Source of the DNA: Actinobacteria bacterium UBA6100
GTDB taxonomy: Bacteria > Actinomycetota > Coriobacteriia > Anaerosomatales > Anaerosomataceae
Length of the DNA stretch: 24,000 nucleotides
Assembly: GCA_002423585.1 (NCBI GenBank)
Contig: DIWS01000015.1
Coordinates: 22,743-46,742 of the forward strand
Direction of reading: 5' to 3'
Shown: positions 6,873-15,651 of the stretch, in pieces
Numbering within the stretch: position 1 is the first letter of the stretch
Layout of the letters: every line of letters begins with the position of its first letter
The notes under the pieces: model-generated
The model's input: the letters and a program-made list of their open reading frames with translations, nothing else
Database searches by the model: none
Told to the model about the DNA's origin: nothing
Program-made: the position numbers and the translations under genes

Positions 6873-7766
6873 ATGAGCGCCTCGCCGAGAGTCGTGCTCA
6901 TCACGCGGCCGACGCCGTACGAGATGCTGCTGGCGCGACACGCCACGCGGGAGCAGGCGCGGTTCTTCCTCGAGATGCGTGGGCAGACGATCGAAGCGCT
7001 CGAGCGCGAGCACGAGCGCTTCGACGCTGCCCGCCGGGGTGTGCTGGGCGCGGTGCCCTCGGCATGGCGCTCCGCACGGGTGGGTCGTGACGATCTGGAC
7101 CGCTTCCTGTTCGAGCCCGAGGACGTCGTGGTGGCGCTCGGCCCGGACGGGCTCGTGGCGAACGTGGCGAAGTACCTCGCGGGTCAGGTGGTGATCGGAC
7201 TCAACCCGGAGCCGGAGGCGTATGCGGGCATCCTCGTGCGGCATGATCCGGCCGATGCCCGGGAGTTGCTCGCAGCCGCCGTCGAACCCGATGCGCCGGT
7301 CGACGCGCGCACCCTCGCCGAGTGCCGCCTCGACGACGGCCAGCGGCTACTCGCCCTCAACGAGGTGTTCGTCGGCCACGCATCGCATCAGACCGCGCGG
7401 TACCGGCTCGACGTGGGCGGCACCAGCGAGCGGCAGATGTCGAGTGGGATGATCGTCACCACCGGCACCGGCGCAACCGGCTGGGCGTCGTCGATCTGCC
7501 GCGGTCTCACGCATCCGCCGGGGCTGCCCGCGCCCGCCGAACCTGCACTCGCCTTCCTCGTGCGGGAACCGTTCGCGAGCCCCACCACGGGCGTGGGCCT
7601 CGATGCGGGAGTGCTCGCGGACAGCGATGCGCTGGCGGTGACCTCGGAGATGGACGCAGACGGCGTGATCTTCGGAGACGGCATCGAGGCCGATCGCATC
7701 GTCTTCGGCTACGGCATGCGTGCCGAGGTGCGCGTGGCCGAGCAGCGGCTGCGTCTGCTCGCGTAG
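6873..7766 (+). CDS. NAD kinase-like protein (ATP-NAD kinase fold, COG3199-type)
   Basis: Three motif positions match the NadK family. LGPDGL replaces GGDGT. ALNEVFVG corresponds to the NE/ND motif. SSGMIVTTGTGATGWASS corresponds to DGxxxSTPTGSTAY. The ATG lies 3 nt after the SPFH stop, with a GGAGG SD inside the SPFH 3' end. Confidence 0.7.
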   Translation: MSASPRVVLITRPTPYEMLLARHATREQARFFLEMRGQTIEALEREHERFDAARRGVLGAVPSAWRSARVGRDDLDRFLFEPEDVVVALGPDGLVANVAKYLAGQVVIGLNPEPEAYAGILVRHDPADARELLAAAVEPDAPVDARTLAECRLDDGQRLLALNEVFVGHASHQTARYRLDVGGTSERQMSSGMIVTTGTGATGWASSICRGLTHPPGLPAPAEPALAFLVREPFASPTTGVGLDAGVLADSDALAVTSEMDADGVIFGDGIEADRIVFGYGMRAEVRVAEQRLRLLA

Positions 7767-7812
7767 CTGCAGCGCAGGGCACCGCGCTACGCGAGCCGGA
7801 TGCCTCGCATCC
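7758..7812 (+). terminator. Two consecutive hairpins at the end of the NadK-like gene (candidate terminator)
   Basis: CTCGCGTAGC (7758-7767) and GCTACGCGAG (7786-7795) form 10-bp arms with an 18-nt loop. GGATGC (7798-7803) and GCATCC (7807-7812) form a second stem, followed by a T-enriched stretch, ctcgttgctctgtgttct. Confidence 0.3.
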
Positions 7813-7816
7813 CTCG

Positions 7817-7852
7817 TTGCTCTGTGTTCTACATTTTTGTAGGATATTCTAC
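7817..7852 (+). promoter_or_regulatory. Toxin-antitoxin promoter with repeated TTCTAC half-sites (candidate RHH operator)
   Basis: This is an AT-rich pocket in GC-rich DNA. The -35 is TTGCTC (7817-7822), the spacer is 17 nt, and the -10 is TAGGAT (7840-7845). The half-sites are TTCTACA (7827-7833), inverted TGTAGGA (7838-7844) and direct TTCTAC (7847-7852). The GGAGG SD is at 7853-7857. Confidence 0.45.
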
Positions 7853-7863
7853 GGAGGTGGGAT

Positions 7864-8139
7864 ATGGCCGACTACATCCAGATATCTGCGCAGATCAGCG
7901 AGGCCACGCGCGCGCGGCTCGACCTGTACTCCCGCGAGACGGGTCTCAAGAAGGGCCGGCTGATCGAGGACGCGCTCGAAGCGCATCTCGACGCGCTCGA
8001 TGAGGTACCCGCCGAGTACCTGATCCCGCACCGCGTGGTGGTGGATGCGGCGACGTGGGAGCGAATCGTGGCGGAGATCGACCGTCCGGCCGAGCCCACC
8101 CCGGTGCTTCGCGAGATCATGCGCGTCGATGCAGATTAG
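7864..8139 (+). CDS. Ribbon-helix-helix antitoxin (DUF1778/TacA-like)
   Basis: This 91-aa protein has an N-terminal RHH pattern (IQISAQISEATRARLDLYSRETGLKKGRLIEDALEAHL). It lies immediately upstream of a GNAT gene and overlaps it by 11 nt. Confidence 0.8.
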   Translation: MADYIQISAQISEATRARLDLYSRETGLKKGRLIEDALEAHLDALDEVPAEYLIPHRVVVDAATWERIVAEIDRPAEPTPVLREIMRVDAD

Positions 8140-8644
8140 GTCGCTCGAGCGCTCGGACGTGCGCCAGGGCTTTCGCTGCGGCGCGCCGCCGCTCGACCTG
8201 TTCCTCGAGCGCTACGCCTGGCAGAACGAGGCCCGCTACCGGCTCGGAGTCACGTATGTGACCGTCGACGATTCCGCGCGTCGCGTCGTTGGCTACTTCA
8301 CGCTCGCGGCTGCGTCGGTGAGCAGCGATGAGTCACCCGTGCGAGCGCCAACCGGGTACGCGGAGGTGCCGTGTATCCGCATCGGTCGGCTGGCGGTCGA
8401 CGAGCGTGTACAGGGTATGGGCCTCGGCACTGAGCTTGTGCGCGCGGCGCTCGTGATCGCTCTCGCCGAGTCGGAGCGCGTGGGCTGCGCGGGTGTGGTA
8501 GTCGATGCCTTGCCCGAGGCGGTCGGCTTCTACGAGCGCTTCGGGTTTCGTTCGATGGGGGTGCGGGCGGGCGCCGGGGCGGCACGCCCTCGACGCATGC
8601 TCATGTGGCTCGGGATGGAGACGATCCGCGTCGCCGCGGAGTAG
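8129..8644 (+). CDS. GNAT-family acetyltransferase toxin (TacT/AtaT/KacT-like)
   Basis: MQIRSLERSDVRQGFRCGAPPLDLFLERYAWQNE...GYFTLAAASV...RIGRLAVDERVQGMGLGTELV...FYERFGF. This is a GNAT acetyl-CoA motif (Q/RxxGxG/A) plus the N-terminal FxCG..LD.FL pattern typical of RHH-paired GNAT toxins. I chose the ATG at 8129; the 8045 start in the ORF track is an in-frame upstream extension inside the antitoxin gene. Confidence 0.8.
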   Translation: MQIRSLERSDVRQGFRCGAPPLDLFLERYAWQNEARYRLGVTYVTVDDSARRVVGYFTLAAASVSSDESPVRAPTGYAEVPCIRIGRLAVDERVQGMGLGTELVRAALVIALAESERVGCAGVVVDALPEAVGFYERFGFRSMGVRAGAGAARPRRMLMWLGMETIRVAAE

Positions 8645-8651
8645 GATCCTG

Positions 8652-10727
8652 CTACCCCTCCGGCCGCCACCGCCGAAGCAGCTGTGCGTTGGCGGCCACG
8701 ATCACCGTGCTCGCGCTCATGAGCACCGCCCCCACGGCGGGGGAGAGCGTGAATCCCTGTGCGGCCAGCACGCCGGCGGCGAGCGGGATGGCGACGATGT
8801 TGTACCCGGCCGCCCACCACAGGTTCTGCACCATCTTGCGGTAGGTCGCCCGCGAGAGCGACACGATCGCCGCCACGTCGCGCGGGTCCGAGCGCACGAG
8901 CACGATGTCACCGGCCTCCACGGCCACCTCGGTGCCTGCGCCGATCGCGATCCCCACGTCCGCGGTCGCGAGCGCGGGCGCGTCGTTCACGCCGTCGCCC
9001 ACCATCGCCACGCGTTTGCCCTCGGCCCGGAGCGCCTCGATCCGGTGTGCCTTGTCGGCGGGGAGCACCTCGGCGAGCACGCGGTCGATGCCGAGCTCGG
9101 CGGCAACCGCGCGCGCCACGGGCTCCGCGTCGCCGGTGAGCATCACCACGTCGATGCCCGCCGCATGAAGCCGCGCCACCGCTTCGGCCGACTCGGGCCG
9201 GATGGCGTCGCCTACTGCGAAGAGCGCGGCCACCGTACCGTCGAGGATCAGGAAGACGACCGTGTGCCCGGCATCGGCCGAGGTGCGGGCGGCGTCAGCG
9301 AGACGAGCGGGGATCTCCAGGCCGAGCGAGCGGAGCAGCGCAGGGCCGCCCACAGCGACCTCGAGGCCGCCAACCTGTGCGCGAACACCCTGCCCGGGCG
9401 TCGACTCGAAGCCGTGCGCCTCCGGCAGCACCAGCCCGGTCTCGCTCGCGGACGCCACGATGGCGCGCGCGATCGGGTGCTCCGAGTCCGCTTCGGCAGC
9501 TGCGGCGAGCGCGTGAGCCTCCTCCGGGCTGACATCGGCTGCGATAGCTGAGCCCACGAACCGCTGCTCGCCGAGGGTGAGCGTGCCGGTCTTGTCGAAC
9601 ACGACCGTGTCGACGAGGCGCGCTTCCTCGAGCCCGCGCCGGTCGCGGACGAGCAGCCCGCTCCGCGCGCCGAGGGTCGTGGAGATGGCCACCACGAGCG
9701 GGATGGCGAGCCCGAGCGCGTGCGGGCACGCGATGACGAGCACGGTGACCACGCGCTCGACCGTGTACGTCCACTCGGCACCAGCAAGCCACCACGCGAG
9801 GGCCGTCACGATTGCCGAGCCGACCGCCACGAACGTGAGGAGCCTGGCCGCGCGGTCCGCGAGGTCCTGCGCGCGGGAGCGTGAGGCCTGCGCGCCCGCC
9901 ACGAGGCGCATGATGCCCGCCAGCGCGGTGTCCTCGCCCGTGCGGGTGATGCGCACACGGAGCGACCCGGCGCCGTTCACGGTGCCCGCGATCACCGCAT
10001 CGCCGTCGACCTTGCTCACCGGTCGCGACTCGCCGGTGATCATCGACTCGTCGAGCGTGCTCTCACCTTCGGCCACTTCGCCGTCGGCAGGCACGCGCGC
10101 ACCGGGCCGCACCAGCACGAGGTCGCCCGTCATGAGTGCGGAAATGGGCACCTGTTCGGCCGATCCGTCACCTGCGAGGCGCTCCGCCTCGTCGGGGAGC
10201 AGCTTCGCGAGCTCGGCCAGCGCACCGCTCGCCTGCGCGATCGAGCGCATCTCGATCCAGTGGCCGAGCAGCATGATGGTCACGAGCGTGGCGAGCTCCC
10301 ACCACAGGTCCATGCCCGGCACGCCGAGTGTCACGGCGAGGCTGAAGCCGAACGCCACGCCGATCGCGAGCGATATGAGCGTCATCATCCCCGGCAGGCG
10401 GTCGGCGAGCTCGTTGCGCGCGCCCTTCAGGAACGGCAGCCCACCGTAGATGAACACGGCGGTGCCGAACACCGCCGGGATGTATTCCGAGCCCGGGAAC
10501 CCGGGCGCCATGTAGCCGAGCAGATGCTGCACGGCCTCCGACCAGACGATCGTGGGCACCGTGAGCGCGAGCGAGAGCCAGAAGCGACTTCGGAAGGCGG
10601 CCACGCTGTGCCCCTCGTGGCGGTCGTGGGCGGCGTGCGCGTCCGTTGGCTGAGCATCGTGCTCGTGTCTCGCCGGCGCGTGTTCGGTGGCGGCTTCGTG
10701 TGCGCTGTGATGCTCATGCTCGGCCAT
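8652..10727 (-). CDS. copB: Copper-translocating P1B-type ATPase, CopB-like (CPH motif, His-rich N-terminus)
   Basis: The N-terminus is His-rich: [43 protein letters not shown] motifs include [11 protein letters not shown] (CPH). Also present are [28 protein letters not shown] and [13 protein letters not shown] chose the ATG at 10727, which has a GGAGGG SD, over the GTG at 10739. Confidence 0.92.
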   Translation of the reverse strand: MAEHEHHSAHEAATEHAPARHEHDAQPTDAHAAHDRHEGHSVAAFRSRFWLSLALTVPTIVWSEAVQHLLGYMAPGFPGSEYIPAVFGTAVFIYGGLPFLKGARNELADRLPGMMTLISLAIGVAFGFSLAVTLGVPGMDLWWELATLVTIMLLGHWIEMRSIAQASGALAELAKLLPDEAERLAGDGSAEQVPISALMTGDLVLVRPGARVPADGEVAEGESTLDESMITGESRPVSKVDGDAVIAGTVNGAGSLRVRITRTGEDTALAGIMRLVAGAQASRSRAQDLADRAARLLTFVAVGSAIVTALAWWLAGAEWTYTVERVVTVLVIACPHALGLAIPLVVAISTTLGARSGLLVRDRRGLEEARLVDTVVFDKTGTLTLGEQRFVGSAIAADVSPEEAHALAAAAEADSEHPIARAIVASASETGLVLPEAHGFESTPGQGVRAQVGGLEVAVGGPALLRSLGLEIPARLADAARTSADAGHTVVFLILDGTVAALFAVGDAIRPESAEAVARLHAAGIDVVMLTGDAEPVARAVAAELGIDRVLAEVLPADKAHRIEALRAEGKRVAMVGDGVNDAPALATADVGIAIGAGTEVAVEAGDIVLVRSDPRDVAAIVSLSRATYRKMVQNLWWAAGYNIVAIPLAAGVLAAQGFTLSPAVGAVLMSASTVIVAANAQLLRRWRPEG

Positions 10728-10754
10728 GTCGCCCTCCACGGCGTTGCGCGCGCC

Positions 10755-13394
10755 TCAGTCCTGCTCGCGTCTCACTTCACAGCGATCGGAGACGAACAGC
10801 ACCGCCCGCTGCTCGAGCACGTCGGCCCACAGCCACATCGAGCGGCCGTCCAGGTCCTCGGCATCGATGACGCGGAGCAGGTCGCCCCGGTGCGCCTCCC
10901 CGGGGAGCAGCCGCCCGAGTGCGTTGGGCAGCCCCTGGAGGAGGTCGGCGTTCAGCAACGTGTCCTGCGCGCCGGGCTTGATGCCCATGTACAGGATGTC
11001 CAGGTCCACGAGGTCGTTGAAGAAGTGCGTGCCGAGGGAGAGATCCGGGTTCAGCCCCGCATGCATCTCTGCGATCTCGCACAGCACCGTCGCGTTCTTG
11101 ATCTGTGACAGCGTGGCCGGTACACCCAGTTCGGGCATGCGCGTGCCCCAACGGCCGGGGCCGGCCAGCACGGTGCGGCGATCGTCGCCCGGCCGGTTCA
11201 TCACGCGGCCGACCAGTTCGGCCACGGCGAAGCGCTCCTGGGTGGGAAGCGCGCTGTACTCCTCGGGCACGACGTAGACGATCCGACCGATCTCGAGGGC
11301 CATGCTGTGCCCGATGATGGGGCCGCCTGTCTTGAGCAGCACGGTCGCCACCGGGATGTCCGCGGGCTCGGGAAGGTGCGTGAGCTCGCCCACGAAGTGG
11401 AACGGGCGGCACTGCAGCAGGTTGATGCGGTAGTCGGCGTCGTCGAGGAAGTTCACGGTGAACTCGATGTCCACCGGATGCCGGTACGCCTCGGCGATCG
11501 TCTGCATGATGGCGTGCATCTCGGCAGGGAACGCGGTCTGTGCGAGCAGCTTGTCGAAGGTGAGCACGTGCGAGAACACGTCGCGCATCCCGGCCTCGCG
11601 CGCGCGGCGTTCAAGATCGGCGTCTCGCGAGGCGAGCATCTCGAGCGGCAGGTTGTCCGCGGCCGAGGCGACGCGCTCGAAGCTTCGCGACACGTGCGCG
11701 TTCTCGTTGAGGTCGATGACGTTCACGATGTGCTGGCTGTACTTGCGCACCTCGTCAGACGAACCCTCCGGCCTGAGCGTGGGCGCGCTCAGGGCGACCA
11801 CCCGCGTGTAGTCGTCGTCGTGGCGGTCCACCGCCCGCGTGCCGAGGCCGAAGACCAGTCGGAGCATGCCCTGGGCCGGGTCGATACGCCGGTTCCAGAC
11901 GTAGGGGTTGAACGAGTAGCCCACGCCACCGATGTGTGGGTAGTACAGGTCGTCATGCAGCTCTCCCGAGACACGCTGCACCAGCAGCGCCATCTGCTCG
12001 TCGCGGTGGATGAGCCCGCGGTGGAGGCGGTACGAGAGTGCCTCGTGACTCATAGTGCTCGCGTAGATGGTGCGGACCGCCTCGATGAAATCCGCCAACC
12101 GTTGCTCGGGATCCCCCTGGTTACCGCAGAAGACGCTCTCGTACTTGCCCGAGAACGAGTTGCCGTACGCGTCCTCGAGCAGGCTGGACGAGCGCACGAT
12201 CACCGGCGACTGGCCGAAGTACTCCAGGATCTCCCGGAACTGGTCGGCGATGACCGGCGGCACGTTACCCGTGCGCAGACGCGTTTCGAGGGCCTCGGCA
12301 CGCTCGAAGAGGTCGTCGGCTGTCTTGAGGCGGTATCGCTCCCACCAACAGTCGTTCAGCACCAGGTAGCTGTAGAACACATCGGCGCCGATGTAGAAGG
12401 AGTCGTGCACCTCCAGACGCTCGGCCAGATCGGGCCTCTGGCGCGCGAGGATCTTACGTGCCAGGAGCATCCCCGCCGACTTGCCGCCGATCTGCCCCGT
12501 CCCGATCATCCGCTTGCCGATATCCAGCAGGTCCGAGAGGTCGAGATGCTCGACACACAGGCCGAAGACGTCGTCGGTCTCGTCGCGGCTGATCAGCATC
12601 CGGATCAGGCGGCGGGCATGCGCCGCCACCTCGTCATCGGAGGCCTCGCCCACTTCCAGCCGACGTTGCACGTTGCGCGCGTCGGCGAACGCGTTGGTCC
12701 ACGGGTCGCGCCAGTCGATGCTGGAATCGATCCACGGCTGTGGCATCGCGGCCCGGATCTCGGAGAGCACCACGCTGCGGGTGACCGGCCGCACGTCGTC
12801 GCCGGTCCAGGCGTGCAGCATGTACATCGTGGGTGAGCGGCGCTCCCAGACCTTGATCGGCAGGATGTACAGGTCGCCCTTGCTGCAGAAGATGTCGAGC
12901 ACCACCTGCGCGGTGGTGTGGATCGCACGGGTAGCGAGCGGTGTGTGGACGTCGCGCATCAGCATGAAGAGCGCGACGGTGTCGTAGTCGAAGAGGTACG
13001 GGCACGTGAGCCGGAAGAAGTTGCCCAGCATGCGGTCCGAGAACCAGTCCACCGCCAGTCCGGACAGTGAGTCGAACAGATAGTAGACGGCGTCGTGACC
13101 GTTATGGTCGATCACGGTGAGGATCTCCGAGATGAACTGCTCGAAGCCTGCGGCGGGGTCGAGTGAGTGCACCTCTGCAGGCATGCCGTCGGGCAAGAGC
13201 GGTTCGTGGTCGGCGAAGCGGAAGTACACGAGCTTCCGCCCGGCGTCGCGCGTGTACTCGCAGTACCGGTGCGCGAACGGCAGGAAGTGAGCGATGTCGC
13301 TCACCTGCAAGACGATGTTGTCACCCGCCCACACACCGTCGAGCACCCGGTCGAGGGCGGGGATCCCGCTGCTCAGGTCCTTGCGCTTTGACAT
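10755..13394 (-). CDS. Multidomain protein with an N-terminal KaiC/RecA-like domain lacking a P-loop, a PEP/pyruvate-binding (PPDK_N ATP-grasp) domain, and an uncharacterised C-terminal domain
   Basis: The N-terminus, SGIPALDRVLDGVWAGDNIVLQVSDIAHF...KLVYFRF...YLFDSLSGL, mirrors the KaiC-like layout GIPxLDxxLxGG...GxxGxGKT...IDSLS, but without GxxGxGKT. The central region carries PPDK_N motifs: IGGKSAGMLLA, VRSSSLLEDAYGNSFSGKYESV, MALLVQRV, GVGYSFNP and IEFTVNF..INLLQCRP. I see no canonical GGxTSHAAI swivel-His motif. Confidence 0.75.
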   Translation of the reverse strand: MSKRKDLSSGIPALDRVLDGVWAGDNIVLQVSDIAHFLPFAHRYCEYTRDAGRKLVYFRFADHEPLLPDGMPAEVHSLDPAAGFEQFISEILTVIDHNGHDAVYYLFDSLSGLAVDWFSDRMLGNFFRLTCPYLFDYDTVALFMLMRDVHTPLATRAIHTTAQVVLDIFCSKGDLYILPIKVWERRSPTMYMLHAWTGDDVRPVTRSVVLSEIRAAMPQPWIDSSIDWRDPWTNAFADARNVQRRLEVGEASDDEVAAHARRLIRMLISRDETDDVFGLCVEHLDLSDLLDIGKRMIGTGQIGGKSAGMLLARKILARQRPDLAERLEVHDSFYIGADVFYSYLVLNDCWWERYRLKTADDLFERAEALETRLRTGNVPPVIADQFREILEYFGQSPVIVRSSSLLEDAYGNSFSGKYESVFCGNQGDPEQRLADFIEAVRTIYASTMSHEALSYRLHRGLIHRDEQMALLVQRVSGELHDDLYYPHIGGVGYSFNPYVWNRRIDPAQGMLRLVFGLGTRAVDRHDDDYTRVVALSAPTLRPEGSSDEVRKYSQHIVNVIDLNENAHVSRSFERVASAADNLPLEMLASRDADLERRAREAGMRDVFSHVLTFDKLLAQTAFPAEMHAIMQTIAEAYRHPVDIEFTVNFLDDADYRINLLQCRPFHFVGELTHLPEPADIPVATVLLKTGGPIIGHSMALEIGRIVYVVPEEYSALPTQERFAVAELVGRVMNRPGDDRRTVLAGPGRWGTRMPELGVPATLSQIKNATVLCEIAEMHAGLNPDLSLGTHFFNDLVDLDILYMGIKPGAQDTLLNADLLQGLPNALGRLLPGEAHRGDLLRVIDAEDLDGRSMWLWADVLEQRAVLFVSDRCEVRREQD

Positions 13395-13423
13395 GTTCGT
13401 CGCCCGTCGCTGCCTGGGGGCGT

Positions 13424-13454
13424 GAGCGGTTCACAGCTTCGGCGGGAACCGCTC
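13424..13454 (-). terminator. Hairpin between the dus stop and the start of the KaiC-like/PPDK_N gene (candidate terminator or attenuator)
   Basis: gagcggttc (13424-13432) and gaaccgctc (13446-13454) form 9-bp arms. The 13-nt loop contains cttcgg. There is no U-tract. Confidence 0.3.
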
Positions 13455-13507
13455 GCACCACACGTTGCAAGAGTGTACCCGTTCATGATGGGGCACGGCG
13501 ACGGTCG

Positions 13508-14509
13508 CTACGCTTCACGCCCCTTGAGGAAGCTCGCATACTCGGCCAGTAGCGCATCGAGTTCCGCCGACGAGGTGATGTGGTTCACGCGGTCCCGGAC
13601 CCGGCTTGCGCCCGACATGCCGGTGATGTACCAGCCCACGTGCTTGCGCATGCGCGTGACCGCGTACTCTCCGCTGAACGTCACGAGCGCTCGCGCGTGC
13701 TCCCGGGCCATCTCGACGCGTTCGAGGGCGGTCGGGGGAGCGAGCACCTCGCCACGTTCGATGAGCGCGCGCGCCTCCCGGAATATCCACGGGTTGCCCT
13801 GCGCACCACGAGCGACCATCACCGCGTCACAACCTGTACGCTCGAGCATCGCCTTCGCGTCGGCGGCTGAGAACACATCACCGCTCCCGATCACGGGTAC
13901 GCTCACCGCAGCCTTCACCCGGGCGATGATGTCCCAGTCGGCCGTGCCGCGGTAGAACTGCTGTCGCGTGCGGCCGTGCACGCACACGGCGGCCGTGCCG
14001 GCCGCCTCCATCGCAAGGGCGAACTCGACCGCGTTGACGCTCGCATCGTCCCAGCCCTTGCGGAACTTGATGGTCACCGGGACGGGTACCGCATCGGCCA
14101 CCTGGGAGACTATGGCGGCCGCCACATCCGGCGTGCGCATGAGCCCCGCCCCGTCACCGCGGGCAGCCACCTTCGAGACGGGACAGCCCATGTTGATGTC
14201 GATGCATGCCACGTCGGCGCCGTACTCGGCCATCACGCGCGCTGCCTGCTCGGCCATGATCGCAGGCTCCGAGCCGAAGAGCTGCACCGCGCACGGTGTC
14301 TCGGCGGGATCGAACGTGAGGAGCGATCTGGTCACCGCGGCGTCCGGGTTGTAGTGCAGTCCCTTCGCGCTGATCATCTCCGTGTAGGTGAGCGCCGCGC
14401 CCATCCGCTTGCAGATGCCGCGGAACGGCGCTTCGGTCACACCGGCCATCGGGCCGAGGAGGACTGAGCCGGGTGCGAGGGCGTGTTCCAGCGAGGGGGG
14501 CGGGTTCAT
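13508..14509 (-). CDS. dus: tRNA-dihydrouridine synthase (DusB-like)
   Basis: LLGPMAGVTEAPFRGICKRMGAALTYTEMISAKGL...CAVQLFGS...DINMGCPVSKV...VTIKFRKGWD...VHGRTRQQFYRGTADWD are classic Dus TIM-barrel motifs, including the catalytic Cys in GCP. Confidence 0.92.
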   Translation of the reverse strand: MNPPPSLEHALAPGSVLLGPMAGVTEAPFRGICKRMGAALTYTEMISAKGLHYNPDAAVTRSLLTFDPAETPCAVQLFGSEPAIMAEQAARVMAEYGADVACIDINMGCPVSKVAARGDGAGLMRTPDVAAAIVSQVADAVPVPVTIKFRKGWDDASVNAVEFALAMEAAGTAAVCVHGRTRQQFYRGTADWDIIARVKAAVSVPVIGSGDVFSAADAKAMLERTGCDAVMVARGAQGNPWIFREARALIERGEVLAPPTALERVEMAREHARALVTFSGEYAVTRMRKHVGWYITGMSGASRVRDRVNHITSSAELDALLAEYASFLKGREA

Positions 14510-14558
14510 GCGCCCTATGGTACGACGAGGCCGGGAGTCATGCTTGGCCGCACGCCGA

Positions 14559-15479
14559 CTATCTCAGCGTGAGTGCGGCGATGAGGTAGCCCGAGGCCAG
14601 GAGGGCGTTGAGACCGAGTACGGCCATCACGTTGGCGCCCATGGCCGGGATGATCTCTTCGAATCCGTCGTAGTTGCGCGCGGTTCCGGCGATCGCCTTG
14701 AACGCTGCGATCGCGGCCAGAAGAGCCAGAAGCGCCCAGGGGGTGAGCGCGCCGAGCGCAACGCTGATGATGATGACCACGAATGCCAGGGCTTCGGCCG
14801 TTGCGTACAGCCAGCGGGCCTTCGACTTACCCAGCTTGATCACCAGGTGGCTGCGCCCGCCCCTGATATCGGCATCGGTATCGGGGAACTCGTTGAGCAA
14901 CAGCAGGTTATACGTGAGCAGTCCGGCGGGGATCCCTGAGACCCAGGCCACCGTATCGAGCCGTCCGGTGAGCAGGAAGTAGACGCCCACCACCGGCAGC
15001 GTGCCAAGGCACAGACCCGCGAACAGCTCACCGAGACCGATGCGGGTGAGTATCGGCGTGTACGCGATCACCGAGATGACGCCGATCGCGCCTATGACCA
15101 TCAGCGGCCAACCGGCGGTCCATGCGAGATACAGGCCGATGAGCGTCCCTGCTGCCAGCGTGCCGCTGCCGAGGACCAGTGCTCCGCGGACGCTCATGAC
15201 CCCTGCGGGTATCAGTCCGCTGCCCCCCGAGAACGGCGTCTGCCGAACCTCCTTGTCGATACCGCTTCGCGCGTAGTCGTGCCAGTCGTTGAGCACGTTG
15301 GAACTCGCGTGCAGCAACACAAGCCCGATCATCGCCAGGACGACCAGGTCCCACCGGAACGTGCCGGTACCGGTGACCTGCATCTGCCAGTAGGCGAGCG
15401 CGGCACCGTGGGCGACAAGCAGTACCGAGAGGATCAGGAACTGCGGTCGCGTTTCGAGAAACCACTTGGATGTCGACAC
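14559..15479 (-). CDS. UbiA-family aromatic prenyltransferase (MenA-like)
   Basis: The protein is polytopic and hydrophobic. Asp-rich motif 1 is NVLNDWHDYARSGID (NDxxDxxxGxD, MenA-like). Motif 2 is NEFPDTDADIRGGRSHLV. I chose the GTG at 15479 (VSTSKWFLETRPQF), which follows a G-run. The upstream 64 codons of the ORF-track version are Arg/Pro-rich, and its start falls inside the loop of the hairpin at 15652-15686. Confidence 0.8.
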   Translation of the reverse strand: MSTSKWFLETRPQFLILSVLLVAHGAALAYWQMQVTGTGTFRWDLVVLAMIGLVLLHASSNVLNDWHDYARSGIDKEVRQTPFSGGSGLIPAGVMSVRGALVLGSGTLAAGTLIGLYLAWTAGWPLMVIGAIGVISVIAYTPILTRIGLGELFAGLCLGTLPVVGVYFLLTGRLDTVAWVSGIPAGLLTYNLLLLNEFPDTDADIRGGRSHLVIKLGKSKARWLYATAEALAFVVIIISVALGALTPWALLALLAAIAAFKAIAGTARNYDGFEEIIPAMGANVMAVLGLNALLASGYLIAALTLR

Positions 15480-15651
15480 CAGACCCCCCCAACACGTGAC
15501 TCTTCTCGGCTCAGCGGGCCGCTCTTCGGTCCCGCGTGAGCAGTTCCGCCGAGCGCTGGAGGAGAGTGTAGCGCACCAGCGAGCTCGGTGGGCCTCGCCG
15601 TGGATCGGCGCTCGTGCGGACAAATGTCTTGTGCCAGAACCGCCTTCACGT

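Noticed and set aside
5763-7244. 493-aa ORF antisense to the SPFH and NadK-like genes
   Set aside because: It spans two well-supported plus-strand genes and their junction. It is Arg/Leu/His-rich with no recognisable domain, as expected for an antisense frame in GC-rich coding DNA.
7767-8651. The TA region as a mobile or genomic island insertion
   Set aside because: Only the promoter pocket is AT-rich. I found no integrase, transposase, tRNA target or flanking direct repeats in the window, so there is no sequence evidence for mobility.
8505-9551. 348-aa plus-strand ORF opposite CopB, and the 11307-12836 ORF opposite the KaiC-like/PPDK_N gene
   Set aside because: Both lie antisense to genes with dense family motifs. 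Neither has an SD or a recognisable domain.
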